Assembly: GCA_963700745.1 (NCBI GenBank)
Contig: CAVOYT010000012.1
Span: forward strand, 350,408 to 414,407
Reading direction: 5' to 3'
DNA length: 64,000 bases
From: an uncultured bacterium
GTDB lineage: Bacteria; Actinomycetota; Actinomycetes; S36-B12
Positions 53,961 to 64,000 of the stretch are shown here, piece after piece (the first letter of the stretch is position 1; each line of letters begins with the position of its first letter). A model generated the notes under the pieces. The model did not search any database. It was not told the DNA's origin and saw only the letters and a list, made by a program, of their open reading frames with translations. A program made the position numbers and the translations under genes.

Positions 53961-56214
53961 CCCCGGCAGACCCGAAGTCGATGGTCGCCTCCGACTTGTC
54001 CCCGGATCCCGAGGTGGAGACCACCGTTCCCAGGCCGAACTTCTGGTGCGTGACCCGCTCGCCGGCGTTCAACGACAGCACCGGACCAGTACCCACAACG
54101 CGGTCACCGAGCCGGAGCGCGGCGCTGCTGCTGCTCGGCGATGAGCCGTACCCGCCGGACAGCGGACTGCGGCCCACCGGCTCCTCGCGCCGCCATTCGA
54201 GGACCTCCTCGGGGATCTCGTCGAGGAATCGGGACGGCGGGTTGAAGGCAGGCGTCCCCCAGGCGGAACGCGTGACCGATCGCGTCACGTAGAGCCGCTG
54301 CCGCGCCCGGGTGATGCCCACGTATGCCAGCCGACGCTCCTCCTCCAGCTCGCGCGCGTCACCGAGGGACCGCATGTGCGGGAAGACGCCGTCCTCCATG
54401 CCGGTGAGGAAGACGATGGGGAACTCCAGGCCCTTCGCGGTGTGCAGGGTCATCAGCGTGACGACCCCGCCGCTCTCGTCGTCGTCGGGGATCTCGTCGG
54501 AGTCGGCGACCAGAGAGACCCGCTCCAGGAAGTCGGTCAGCGAGCCCTCCGGGTTCTCGGTCGTGAACTCCTGCGCCACCGACTCGAGCTCGGCCAGGTT
54601 CTCGACCCGGGTCTCGTCCTGGGGATCGCTCGACGCCTGCAGTTCGGCGAGGTAGCCGCTCTGCTCGAGCACGGCCTGGAGGACGGTGGCGGGATCGGCG
54701 CCGGAGTCGACGATGGTCCGCAGGTCGGACATGAGCCGGACGAACGCCTCCACGTTCGTCAGAGAGCGGGTGGCGATGCCCGGCGCCTCGGCCGCGCGGT
54801 CCAGGGCCGCCGCGAACCCGATGCGCTCGCGCTGCGCGAACGCCTCCACCATGGCCTCGGCCCGGTCGCCGATCCCGCGCTTGGGCGTGTTGAGGATGCG
54901 GCGCAGGGATACCTCGTCATCGGGGTTCGCGAGGGCCCTGAGGTAGGCAATCGCATCGCGGACCTCGCGGCGCTCGTAGAAACGGGTCCCCCCGACGACG
55001 CGGTAGGGCAGCCCTACCCTGATGAAGATCTCCTCGACCGAGCGGGACTGGGCGTTGGTCCGGTAGAAGACGGCGACGTCGGCTGGCCGGAAGCCCTCCT
55101 CGTCGGTGAGCCGGTCGATCTCGGTGGCGATGAAGGACGCCTCGTCATGCTCGTCGTCGGCGACGTAGGCGACGATCGGCTGGCCGGGGCCCGCGTCGGT
55201 CCACAGCTTCTTCTCGCGGCGGCTGGCGTTGCGCGAGATGACCGTGTTCGCGGCGGTCAGGATCGTCTGCGTGGAACGGTAGTTCTGCTCGAGCATGATG
55301 GTGGTGGCGTTCGGGTAGTCGCGCTCGAACTCCTCGATGTTGCGGATGGTCGCGCCGCGGAAGGCGTAGATCGACTGATCGGCGTCGCCCACTACGCACA
55401 GCTGTCCGGCCGGAAGGTCGGGGGTCTCCGGACCGACGAGCTCCTTGATGAGCATGTACTGCGCGTGGTTGGTGTCCTGGTACTCGTCGACAAGGACGTG
55501 CCGAAAGCGTCGTCGGTAGTGCTCGGCCACGTCCGGGAAGAGCTGCAGCACCGCGACCGTGCCGGAGATGAGGTCGTCGAAGTCGAAGGCGTTCGCGCGC
55601 CGGAGACGGCGCTGGTACTCCCCGTAGGCCTCCGCGAGCATCTCCTCCATGTGGTTCGCGGTGCGGCTCGCGTAGGTCTCGTGATCGATCAGCTCGTTCT
55701 TGAGGTTGGACACCTGGCCGAGGAACGAGCGCGGCGTGAACTTCTTCGGGTCCAGGCTCATGTCGCGCAGCACCATCGACATGAGCCGCAGGGAGTCGGC
55801 CTGGTCGTAGATCGTGAAGCTGCTGCTGACGTCGAGACGCGACGACTCGCTGCGCAGGATGCGCACGCAGGCGCTGTGGAAGGTGGACACCCACATGGCG
55901 CGGGCCCGACCGCCGACGAGCTCGGCCACCCGCTCCTTCATCTCGCCGGCAGCCTTGTTCGTGAACGTGATGGCCAGGATCTGGCCGGGCTGGGCGTCGC
56001 GCGTGGCCAGCAGGTGAGCGACCCGCCGGGTGAGCACGCGCGTCTTCCCCGAGCCGGCGCCAGCCACGATGAGGAGAGGACCCCCGCGGTGCTCGACCGC
56101 CGCCCGCTGTGAGGGATTGAGGTCCTCGACGAGCCTGGCCTCGGCGCTCGCGCGGGGCGCTTCCGCGTCGAGCGAGAGCTGGCCGGACTCGGCAACGATC
56201 AGGGGCTCGCTCAC
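53917..56214 (-). CDS. pcrA: ATP-dependent DNA helicase PcrA/UvrD1
   Basis: AGAGSGKT, TFTNKAA, DEYQD, QSIYAFRGA, HTAKGLEF and YVGITRA; C-terminal Tudor-like domain. Confidence 0.96.
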   Translation of the reverse strand: MSEPLIVAESGQLSLDAEAPRASAEARLVEDLNPSQRAAVEHRGGPLLIVAGAGSGKTRVLTRRVAHLLATRDAQPGQILAITFTNKAAGEMKERVAELVGGRARAMWVSTFHSACVRILRSESSRLDVSSSFTIYDQADSLRLMSMVLRDMSLDPKKFTPRSFLGQVSNLKNELIDHETYASRTANHMEEMLAEAYGEYQRRLRRANAFDFDDLISGTVAVLQLFPDVAEHYRRRFRHVLVDEYQDTNHAQYMLIKELVGPETPDLPAGQLCVVGDADQSIYAFRGATIRNIEEFERDYPNATTIMLEQNYRSTQTILTAANTVISRNASRREKKLWTDAGPGQPIVAYVADDEHDEASFIATEIDRLTDEEGFRPADVAVFYRTNAQSRSVEEIFIRVGLPYRVVGGTRFYERREVRDAIAYLRALANPDDEVSLRRILNTPKRGIGDRAEAMVEAFAQRERIGFAAALDRAAEAPGIATRSLTNVEAFVRLMSDLRTIVDSGADPATVLQAVLEQSGYLAELQASSDPQDETRVENLAELESVAQEFTTENPEGSLTDFLERVSLVADSDEIPDDDESGGVVTLMTLHTAKGLEFPIVFLTGMEDGVFPHMRSLGDARELEEERRLAYVGITRARQRLYVTRSVTRSAWGTPAFNPPSRFLDEIPEEVLEWRREEPVGRSPLSGGYGSSPSSSSAALRLGDRVVGTGPVLSLNAGERVTHQKFGLGTVVSTSGSGDKSEATIDFGSAGVKRLLLRYAPVEKL

Positions 56215-56263
56215 CCCCGCATCCTAGGCAGCGGCTCCGACGCTCCCCGGCGGGTGCCGTGCG

Positions 56264-58312
56264 CTACCGGCGGACCCAGCCGACGATCTTGATGCGGATC
56301 TTGGCCAGTACCGACGGCGCGACGACGATCTTGCCGTCCGTGCCGATTTCCGCGACCACGAGGCTCGTGTAGGGCTGGTCGGGGACGATGGGTGCCGACC
56401 GGGTGCCGGGCGCGGATCCGTCAAGGCCGTACACCTTCAGGCTGCCCCCTTCGGCGCTCTTGGCCTTCGTGCGCACCTGGAGGATCACCCCGGTGATCTT
56501 CTTCCCCTTGCGGGGCAGGCCAGCGACGCCGGTCACCGGTCCGACCACCAACGGTGTGCTGGCGTCCAGCTTGGCCTTGACGATCCGCTTGGCCGGGACC
56601 GTGCGCACCTTGATCGGCTTCGCGTTCACGGCGTAGCCGAGCACCTCAACGCGCAGTTGGACGGCAGCCTTCTTGGACGTCACGAACTTCACCTGGGCCC
56701 CGCTCACCGGAACGACCATGACCGCGGTGCGCACGCCCTTCTTGGGGAACTTGAACTTGGCCGTGGCCTCCTTGTCCACGGCGCCGATCCGGACGTTGCC
56801 GCGTTTGGTGGCCTCGCGGGTGGTCACGAGCACGAGGGCGGACGTCGCCTCACCCGGAACCCCGGCCAGCCCGACGACTCGCTCCTCACCCGGCTGCAGC
56901 GGCCCCTGTGCCGTCGACTCGTAGCCGACCTCGGCCCCGATCGAGATGAACTCGTCCACCACGGGTGGCGCGAACTCCTGAGCGGGTGGGGGCGGCGGCT
57001 CCGGGGCCGGCGCAGGCGCGGCGGCCGCAGGTGGCTCCTCGCCCATCGGCAGGCTCTCGCCCGGTGTGGCATCCGTCGTGTTGGGCTGGTCGCCGGCCGG
57101 GTAGTACCCGACCACGTCGACCGACAGATCCGTCGCGCCGGCCGAGGTGGACAGCGCGATCGTGCCCTGGGACGAGACGGGCACGACGGCGGTCCCGACG
57201 GCGTCCATGTTCATGGGGACTTTCGCGACGATCTGCGACTTCGACTGGCCCGGGGACCAGATCCGGACGTTCGATGGTGCGTTGGAGGCCATCGCAGTGA
57301 CCTGCACGGCCACCGCAGCGACACCGGTCTCGGGCACGCCACCCAGGCCGGTCACCTTCGCGAAGACGCGATGACTGTCACCGCTCCAGCGGTCCTGCTG
57401 GAGCCGGCAGCGCTCCGGCACGCCGACCGCCTTGCGCGTGCCCAGAACACGGACCGGACCCACGGGGATGGCCTCCGCGGCACGACCGCCGTCCGGCGTG
57501 CTGCCGGAACTGCGAGCGGGGGCGCAATACGGGCCGTCCATCGCCGTTCCGTCCCAGAAGGACGTGCGCCCACTGGCCCCGTCCCAGGTGAAGGAGATGT
57601 GGATGTGGTTGCGATGGCAGGTGGTGTCACTGCCCTCCGCCGGCGTGGCGAAGCAGCCCTTGAGCTCGGTCCAGCCGCGCTTGATGTCGTAGCCGCGCCA
57701 GATCCGGTCGTTCCAGCCGATGTACATGACGCCCAGGCGCATGGCGTTGCCGTAGGGGTTGCCGAACTGGTCGGGCCCGAGCAGCCACGCCAGGAAGGTC
57801 TCGGCGTTGGCGCGCTGCTGGGCGTTCCGCACGCTGGTCATCCAGTCGAGCGCCCGGCCCTCCTTGTGCTCGCTCTGGCCACCGATGTTGCAGGCCCGCG
57901 GGATCCACACGGTCTGGTCGGCGCCGTAGGTGGCCTTGATGAGGTCGGCCAGCCGCTGAGTGCCCGGCTTCGGGGTCGGGTCGCATTGCGACTGACCCTC
58001 GTACGTCGGGGAGACGTCGTAGCCCTCGGGAAGCGGTTGCGCGATCGCGGGAACCGCAGCGGGAGGCAGTCCGGTGCCGGGCACCGGCGGGCCGGCGACC
58101 TCGCCGGTCCAGTCCGATGGCTGCCACACGTCCGACCCCTTGGCCCCGGCCGACATCGGCTCGGCCAGATGAAGTCCGGCGACCAGGGACACGCTGACCA
58201 GGGCAACTACAGTGCGGTTGCGGCCCCGGTTCGGTCGTCGCGCACCGCCGGTCCGCGGGCGCCCGAGGACGCGCCGAAGACTGGCACGGTGCCCGTGCCG
58301 ACGGGGAAGCAC
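56264..58312 (-). CDS. Secreted Zn-peptidase-like (HxxxxxxD...HxH) putative cell-wall hydrolase with two C-terminal repeat domains; start uncertain
   Basis: Arg-rich then hydrophobic leader, SEHKEGRALD and HIH; repeated GVP...A....V...VVGY beta domains; Pro-rich linker. Confidence 0.65.
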   Translation of the reverse strand: MLPRRHGHRASLRRVLGRPRTGGARRPNRGRNRTVVALVSVSLVAGLHLAEPMSAGAKGSDVWQPSDWTGEVAGPPVPGTGLPPAAVPAIAQPLPEGYDVSPTYEGQSQCDPTPKPGTQRLADLIKATYGADQTVWIPRACNIGGQSEHKEGRALDWMTSVRNAQQRANAETFLAWLLGPDQFGNPYGNAMRLGVMYIGWNDRIWRGYDIKRGWTELKGCFATPAEGSDTTCHRNHIHISFTWDGASGRTSFWDGTAMDGPYCAPARSSGSTPDGGRAAEAIPVGPVRVLGTRKAVGVPERCRLQQDRWSGDSHRVFAKVTGLGGVPETGVAAVAVQVTAMASNAPSNVRIWSPGQSKSQIVAKVPMNMDAVGTAVVPVSSQGTIALSTSAGATDLSVDVVGYYPAGDQPNTTDATPGESLPMGEEPPAAAAPAPAPEPPPPPAQEFAPPVVDEFISIGAEVGYESTAQGPLQPGEERVVGLAGVPGEATSALVLVTTREATKRGNVRIGAVDKEATAKFKFPKKGVRTAVMVVPVSGAQVKFVTSKKAAVQLRVEVLGYAVNAKPIKVRTVPAKRIVKAKLDASTPLVVGPVTGVAGLPRKGKKITGVILQVRTKAKSAEGGSLKVYGLDGSAPGTRSAPIVPDQPYTSLVVAEIGTDGKIVVAPSVLAKIRIKIVGWVRR

Positions 58313-58323
58313 GGGGCTACTCT

Positions 58324-58355
58324 GTCACGGAAGTGACGGATGTTACTACTGTGAC
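58324..58355. promoter_or_regulatory. Four GTnAC motifs at 9-bp period
   Basis: GTCAC 58324, GTGAC 58333, GTTAC 58342 and GTGAC 58351 in a divergent gap. Confidence 0.55.
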
Positions 58356-58486
58356 AAGCAAAGCACGCACCTGTAATTCCGGACAGAATGCACTCACACG
58401 GACATTATCGGCGCTGACGCGGCTCCCACGCGACCCAACGGGAAGACTCGATCCGGCCATAGCCGCTACCCCGATACGCTGCCCCG

Positions 58487-59242
58487 ATGACCGAGACCAC
58501 GAGCCCGGATCCGCTCCTGCACAACCGCGATGGTCACCGGATCGAACGCCTGCTGGCCGTGATGGCGCACCCGGACGACGTCGATTTCGGCGCGGCCGGG
58601 ACCATCAAGGCCTGGACGGACGCGGGTGTCGAGGTCTCCTACTGCCTGATCACCAACGGCGACGCCGGGGGCTTCGACCCCACCGTGCCCCGGTCGCAGA
58701 TCCCGGGCATCCGCCAGGCCGAGCAGCGGGCGGCCGGGGCAGCGGTGGGGGTGTCTGACGTCCGCTTCCTGGGCTACCGCGACGGCGAGCTCGCCGTGAG
58801 TCACGAGCTGCGTCGCGACATCAGCAGGGTGATCCGCCAGGTCCGGCCGGACCGCATGCTGATCCAGTCCCCGGATCGCAACTGGCAGCGCATCCAGGCC
58901 TCGCACCCGGACCACCTGGCCGCCGGAGACGCGGCCATTCAGGCCGTGTACCCGGACGCGCGCAACCCGTTCGCCCATCCGAGCCTGCTGATCGACGAGG
59001 GCCTTGAGGACTGGGCGGTGCCCGAGGTGTGGGTGCTGGCCAGCCCCACCCCGAACCACTGGAACGACATCACCGACAACTTCGACGCGAAGCTCGCCGC
59101 GCTGCGCGCCCACGAGAGCCAGACCGCCCACATGGACGACCTCGCCGAGCGGGTCGGGGGCTGGATGCGCATGCAGGCGGCGCAGGCCGGGATGGCAGAG
59201 GGCCGGCTCGCCGAGGCCTTCATGATCGTCAGCACGGCCTAA
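58487..59242 (+). CDS. PIG-L/LmbE-family deacetylase
   Basis: AHPDD, T.GDAG, HPDH and H.SQ motifs. Confidence 0.9.
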   Translation: MTETTSPDPLLHNRDGHRIERLLAVMAHPDDVDFGAAGTIKAWTDAGVEVSYCLITNGDAGGFDPTVPRSQIPGIRQAEQRAAGAAVGVSDVRFLGYRDGELAVSHELRRDISRVIRQVRPDRMLIQSPDRNWQRIQASHPDHLAAGDAAIQAVYPDARNPFAHPSLLIDEGLEDWAVPEVWVLASPTPNHWNDITDNFDAKLAALRAHESQTAHMDDLAERVGGWMRMQAAQAGMAEGRLAEAFMIVSTA

Positions 59243-59256
59243 CCCCTCGCCGAGCC

Positions 59257-59304
59257 GAGCGGCCCGTTGTGGCGGGGTTTCGAGACCGCCACGACGGGCC
59301 ACTC
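59257..59304. repeat. Palindromic REP-like element related to the other copies
   Basis: GAGCGGCCCGTTGTGGCGG...CCGCCACGACGGGCCACTC between convergent genes. Confidence 0.7.
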
Positions 59305-59320
59305 AACGATGGGGCAGGGG

Positions 59321-59680
59321 CTACCAGAAGACGGCGATGACCACGTTCGCCAGCGTGAGCAGGCCGATCGTCGCCCACAGCCCCACCTGCGGCGCGGGTC
59401 GCTTCTTGCCCACGAACGCGAGGACGGCGATCACCACGACGATCGCCAGCTTCACGCCGATCTTGGTGTTGTTCAGCTCCTCCTTCTCCTCGTCGCCGAG
59501 GAGGCCACCGGAGATCATCCCGACCATGATCAGGCCGGTGAGCAGCTGCGTCAGCGCGCCATCCCACATCCAACGGGTGACCGTCTTCTGCGGATCCCTG
59601 ACCTGCACGAGGAAGGCGCCCAGCAGCAGGGCAAGGCCCACGAAATGCAGGACGACGACCAGGTTGAACACGAACTCCAT
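59321..59680 (-). CDS. Small four-helix membrane protein
   Basis: Hydrophobic ORF (LHFVG...QLLTG...KIGVKL...AVFW) directly after guaA. Confidence 0.75.
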   Translation of the reverse strand: MEFVFNLVVVLHFVGLALLLGAFLVQVRDPQKTVTRWMWDGALTQLLTGLIMVGMISGGLLGDEEKEELNNTKIGVKLAIVVVIAVLAFVGKKRPAPQVGLWATIGLLTLANVVIAVFW

Positions 59681-59682
59681 GT

Positions 59683-61257
<1,575 letters not shown>

Positions 61258-61313
61258 CCGGCGAGCCTATCGGCCGCGATCGCGGCCATCGCCGGCCGGC
61301 GAACTGGACGGGA

Positions 61314-61601
61314 TCAGGAGGAGAACGCCCCCAGAAGCACGAGGCCGGCGCCCAGGACCAGGTAGATCAGGACCCCGATCACGATGGTCGCGATGAGCCA
61401 ACGGCGCGCCCGACGGGAGTTGCGCGCGGCGTCTGCCGGCCGGCCGTCGAGCAGGGCGCGATTCGTGCGCAGCCCGAAGAAGACGGCCACCAGCCCGACG
61501 GGCAGGAAACAGGCCACGGTCGCGAACAGGCTCCAGCCGAGGTAGGCCCGGGGCGTCGTGGTGGCGGCCGGGGCCTCGGCGGGAGGGGACGGATCAGGCA
61601 T
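61314..61601 (-). CDS. CD225/dispanin-family membrane protein
   Basis: YL.WS....CFLPVG.VA...A...SRRAR two-helix pattern. Confidence 0.75.
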   Translation of the reverse strand: MPDPSPPAEAPAATTTPRAYLGWSLFATVACFLPVGLVAVFFGLRTNRALLDGRPADAARNSRRARRWLIATIVIGVLIYLVLGAGLVLLGAFSS

Positions 61602-61745
61602 CGCTTCGCACCCTAGTGGGCGGCCACCCTCCCGAGCCTCGCACGAAGTTCTCGAACCACCCGCGCCGGCGCTCCTCTTCGCATAATGTGCTCCGCATCA
61701 CATTGGTGTCGATACCCGGTGCGAAGAACTGCTTCGGGGGAAGGA

Positions 61746-62226
61746 ATGCCCATGAAGCCCATCCGCGTCACGGTCGACGGGACTGACTATCACGTCAGAG
61801 GTCGAACCTCGAACACTCCTCGTCCACTGGCTGCGGAACGACCTCGGCAAGGTCGGTACCGTCGTCGGCTGCGACACCTCCAACTGCGGGGCCTGCACGG
61901 TCCTGCTCGACGGCCAGAGCGTGAAGTCCTGCAGCGTCCTCGCCGTCCAGGCCGACGGGTGCGAGATCACCACGATCCAGGGGCTGTCCACCGGCGACGA
62001 GTGGCATCCGGTGCAGACCGCCTTCAAGGAGTGCCACGGCCTGCAGTGCGGGTACTGCACGCCCGGCATGGTGATGTCGACGGTCGACCTGCTCTCGGAG
62101 AACCCGAACCCGACCGAGGAGGAGATCCGCGACGGCCTGCACGGCAACCTGTGCCGCTGCACCGGCTACCACAACATCGTGAAGTCAGTGGCCATGGCGG
62201 CCGAGATGATGGGAGGGACGAAGTGA
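61746..62226 (+). CDS. CoxS/CutS-like 2Fe-2S subunit (indel near 61795)
   Basis: [21 protein letters not shown] and GNLCRCTGY motifs. Confidence 0.88.
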
Positions 62227-64000
62227 CCGACACCGTCGACACCACGACCGCCTTCGGCCGGCCGATCCGCCGCAAGGAGGACGCGAAGCTGCTCCACGGC
62301 CGCACCAACTGGACCGACAACATCCAGCTCCCCGGCACCGCTGCACATGGCGCTCGTGCGCAGCTCCGATGGCTCACGCCCGCATCACCAAGGTCGACGT
62401 ATCCGGCGCGCTCGCGCGTCCGAACGTGGTCGCGGCCTTCAGCGCCGCCGATCTCGGCGACATGAACTCGCGGCGTCCCGTGCGTGTGGCCGGTGACCGG
62501 ACGACACCGTGATGCCGCCGTTCCCCGCGCTGGCCACGGACAAGGTCCGGCATCGTCGGGGACGTCGTCGCCGTGGTCCTGGCCACCGACCCCGGAGCGC
62601 GGCCGCGGACGCCCTCGACGCGGTCGACGTCGAGTACGAGCGCCCTGCCGGCCGTCGTCGACATGGATCGACGCCGTGTCCCCGGGCAGCGACACTCGTC
62701 CACGACGAAGCTCGCCAACAACACGTGCTACGTCCTCAACTCTCGGTGGCGGCTTCGACGAGGCGGCGGCCAAGGCCGATCGTCATCGTCAAGCGCCGCT
62801 TCATCAACCAGCGCCTGATCCCGTCGTTCATGGAGCCGCGCGCCGTCGTCGCCGCGCCGATGGGCATGAGCGACGAGTTCACCGTCTGGACGTCGACCCA
62901 GATCCCGCACGTCCTGCGCGTGCTGCTGACCCTGGTCACCGGCATCCCCGAGCAGAACCTCCGGGTCGATCGCCCCCGACGTCGGCGGCGGCTTCGGCGG
63001 CAAGCTGCAGATCTACCGCGAGGAGATTCTCGCCCTGCAGTCCTGGCCCGAGAAGCTCGGACGACCCGTCAAGTGGACCGAGACCCGTAGCGAGAACATG
63101 GTGGCCACGCACCACGGCCGCGATCAGATCCAGGACATCGAGCTGGCCGCACGAAGGACGGCACGATCCTGGGACTCAAGGTGACGCTGCTGGCCAACAT
63201 GGGCGCCTACCTCGGGATCATCACGCCAGGCACGCCGCTGCTGGGCATGTTCATGTACCCGGGCATCTACAAGATGGACACGCTACGAGTTCCAGTGCAC
63301 CGGCGTCTTCACCACCACCACCCGACCGACGCCTATCGCGGCGCCGGTCGACCCGAGGCGACGTACGCGATCGAGCGCATCGTCGACGAGACTGCTGCGG
63401 AGCTGGGCATGGAGCCCATGGAGCTGCGTACGCAAGAACTGGATCAAGCACGACGAGTTCCCGTACACGACGATCGCTGGCCTGACGTACGACACCGGAA
63501 ACTACGAGGCGGCCACCGCCAAGGCTCTCGAGATGTTCGGAATACGACGAGCTGCGCGCCGAGCAGAAGGCTCGCCGGGAGTCCGGCGATCCGGTACAGC
63601 TCGGCATCGGCATCTCGACGTTCACCGAGATGTGCGGTCTGGCGCCGTCACGTACCCTCGGCGCCCTCAAGTACGCCGCCGGCGGCTGGGAGCACTGCCA
63701 GATCCGCCTCCTGCCGACCGGCAAGGTCGAGCTGATCACCGGCACCTCCCCGCACGGGCAGGGCCACGAGACGGCGTGGAGCCAGATCGCCAGCAGACAT
63801 CATCGGCATCCCGGTCGAGGACATCGAGGTGATCCATGGCGATACCGGTCGATGCCCCGTACGGGATGGACACCTACGGCTCGCGCTCGCTGGCCGTCGG
63901 CGGCCAGGCCATCAAGAAGGCGGCTGACCGGCTCGTCGAGAACGCCCGCCTGATGGCCGCGCACCAGCTCGAGTGCGCCCGGACGACCTGGAGTTCGCCG
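62223..64000 (+). CDS. CoxL-like (form II) molybdopterin subunit; partial and heavily frameshifted
   Basis: [40 protein letters not shown] and TYGSRS motifs in shifting frames. Confidence 0.82.

Noticed and set aside
62223-64000. True (form I) CO dehydrogenase
   Set aside because: The active-site loop is AYRGAGR, not AYxCSFR, and the gene order begins S-L.

Overview
High-GC actinobacterial chromosomal segment. Frequent single-base indels, even in housekeeping folD, point to an uncorrected long-read or MAG-type assembly, so many genes are split across ORFs. The conserved backbone on the minus strand is guaA ... pcrA ... B12-binding protein, sucC, sucD, DUF6350, purN, purH, folD, DUF3017, guaD, xdhA. 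Two catabolic blocks interrupt it. Block 1 (2.2-15.4 kb) has an IclR-linked operon whose gene set and SDR motifs match the reductive phloroglucinol pathway known from anaerobes (reductase, 3-hydroxyacid dehydrogenase, cyclase-family hydrolase, cupin, BKACE). A divergent 3-oxoacid CoA-transferase and a pobA / extradiol dioxygenase / amidohydrolase module sit beside it. Block 2 (16.3-41.9 kb) is an uncharacterised, probably N-heterocycle catabolic regulon tied together by four copies of a CAATCGATTGC LacI-type operator. It contains a NicB-like molybdo-hydroxylase, a DHPON-hydrolase-like C-C hydrolase, two non-canonical M24 hydrolases, a fused E1 plus E2 without E3, AhpD- and OsmC-like proteins and an ABC importer. 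REP-like palindromes and a form II coxSL-like locus at the right end are also present. No rRNA, tRNA, CRISPR array, integrase or transposase was seen. Family assignments come from motif recognition and memory, not from database searches.
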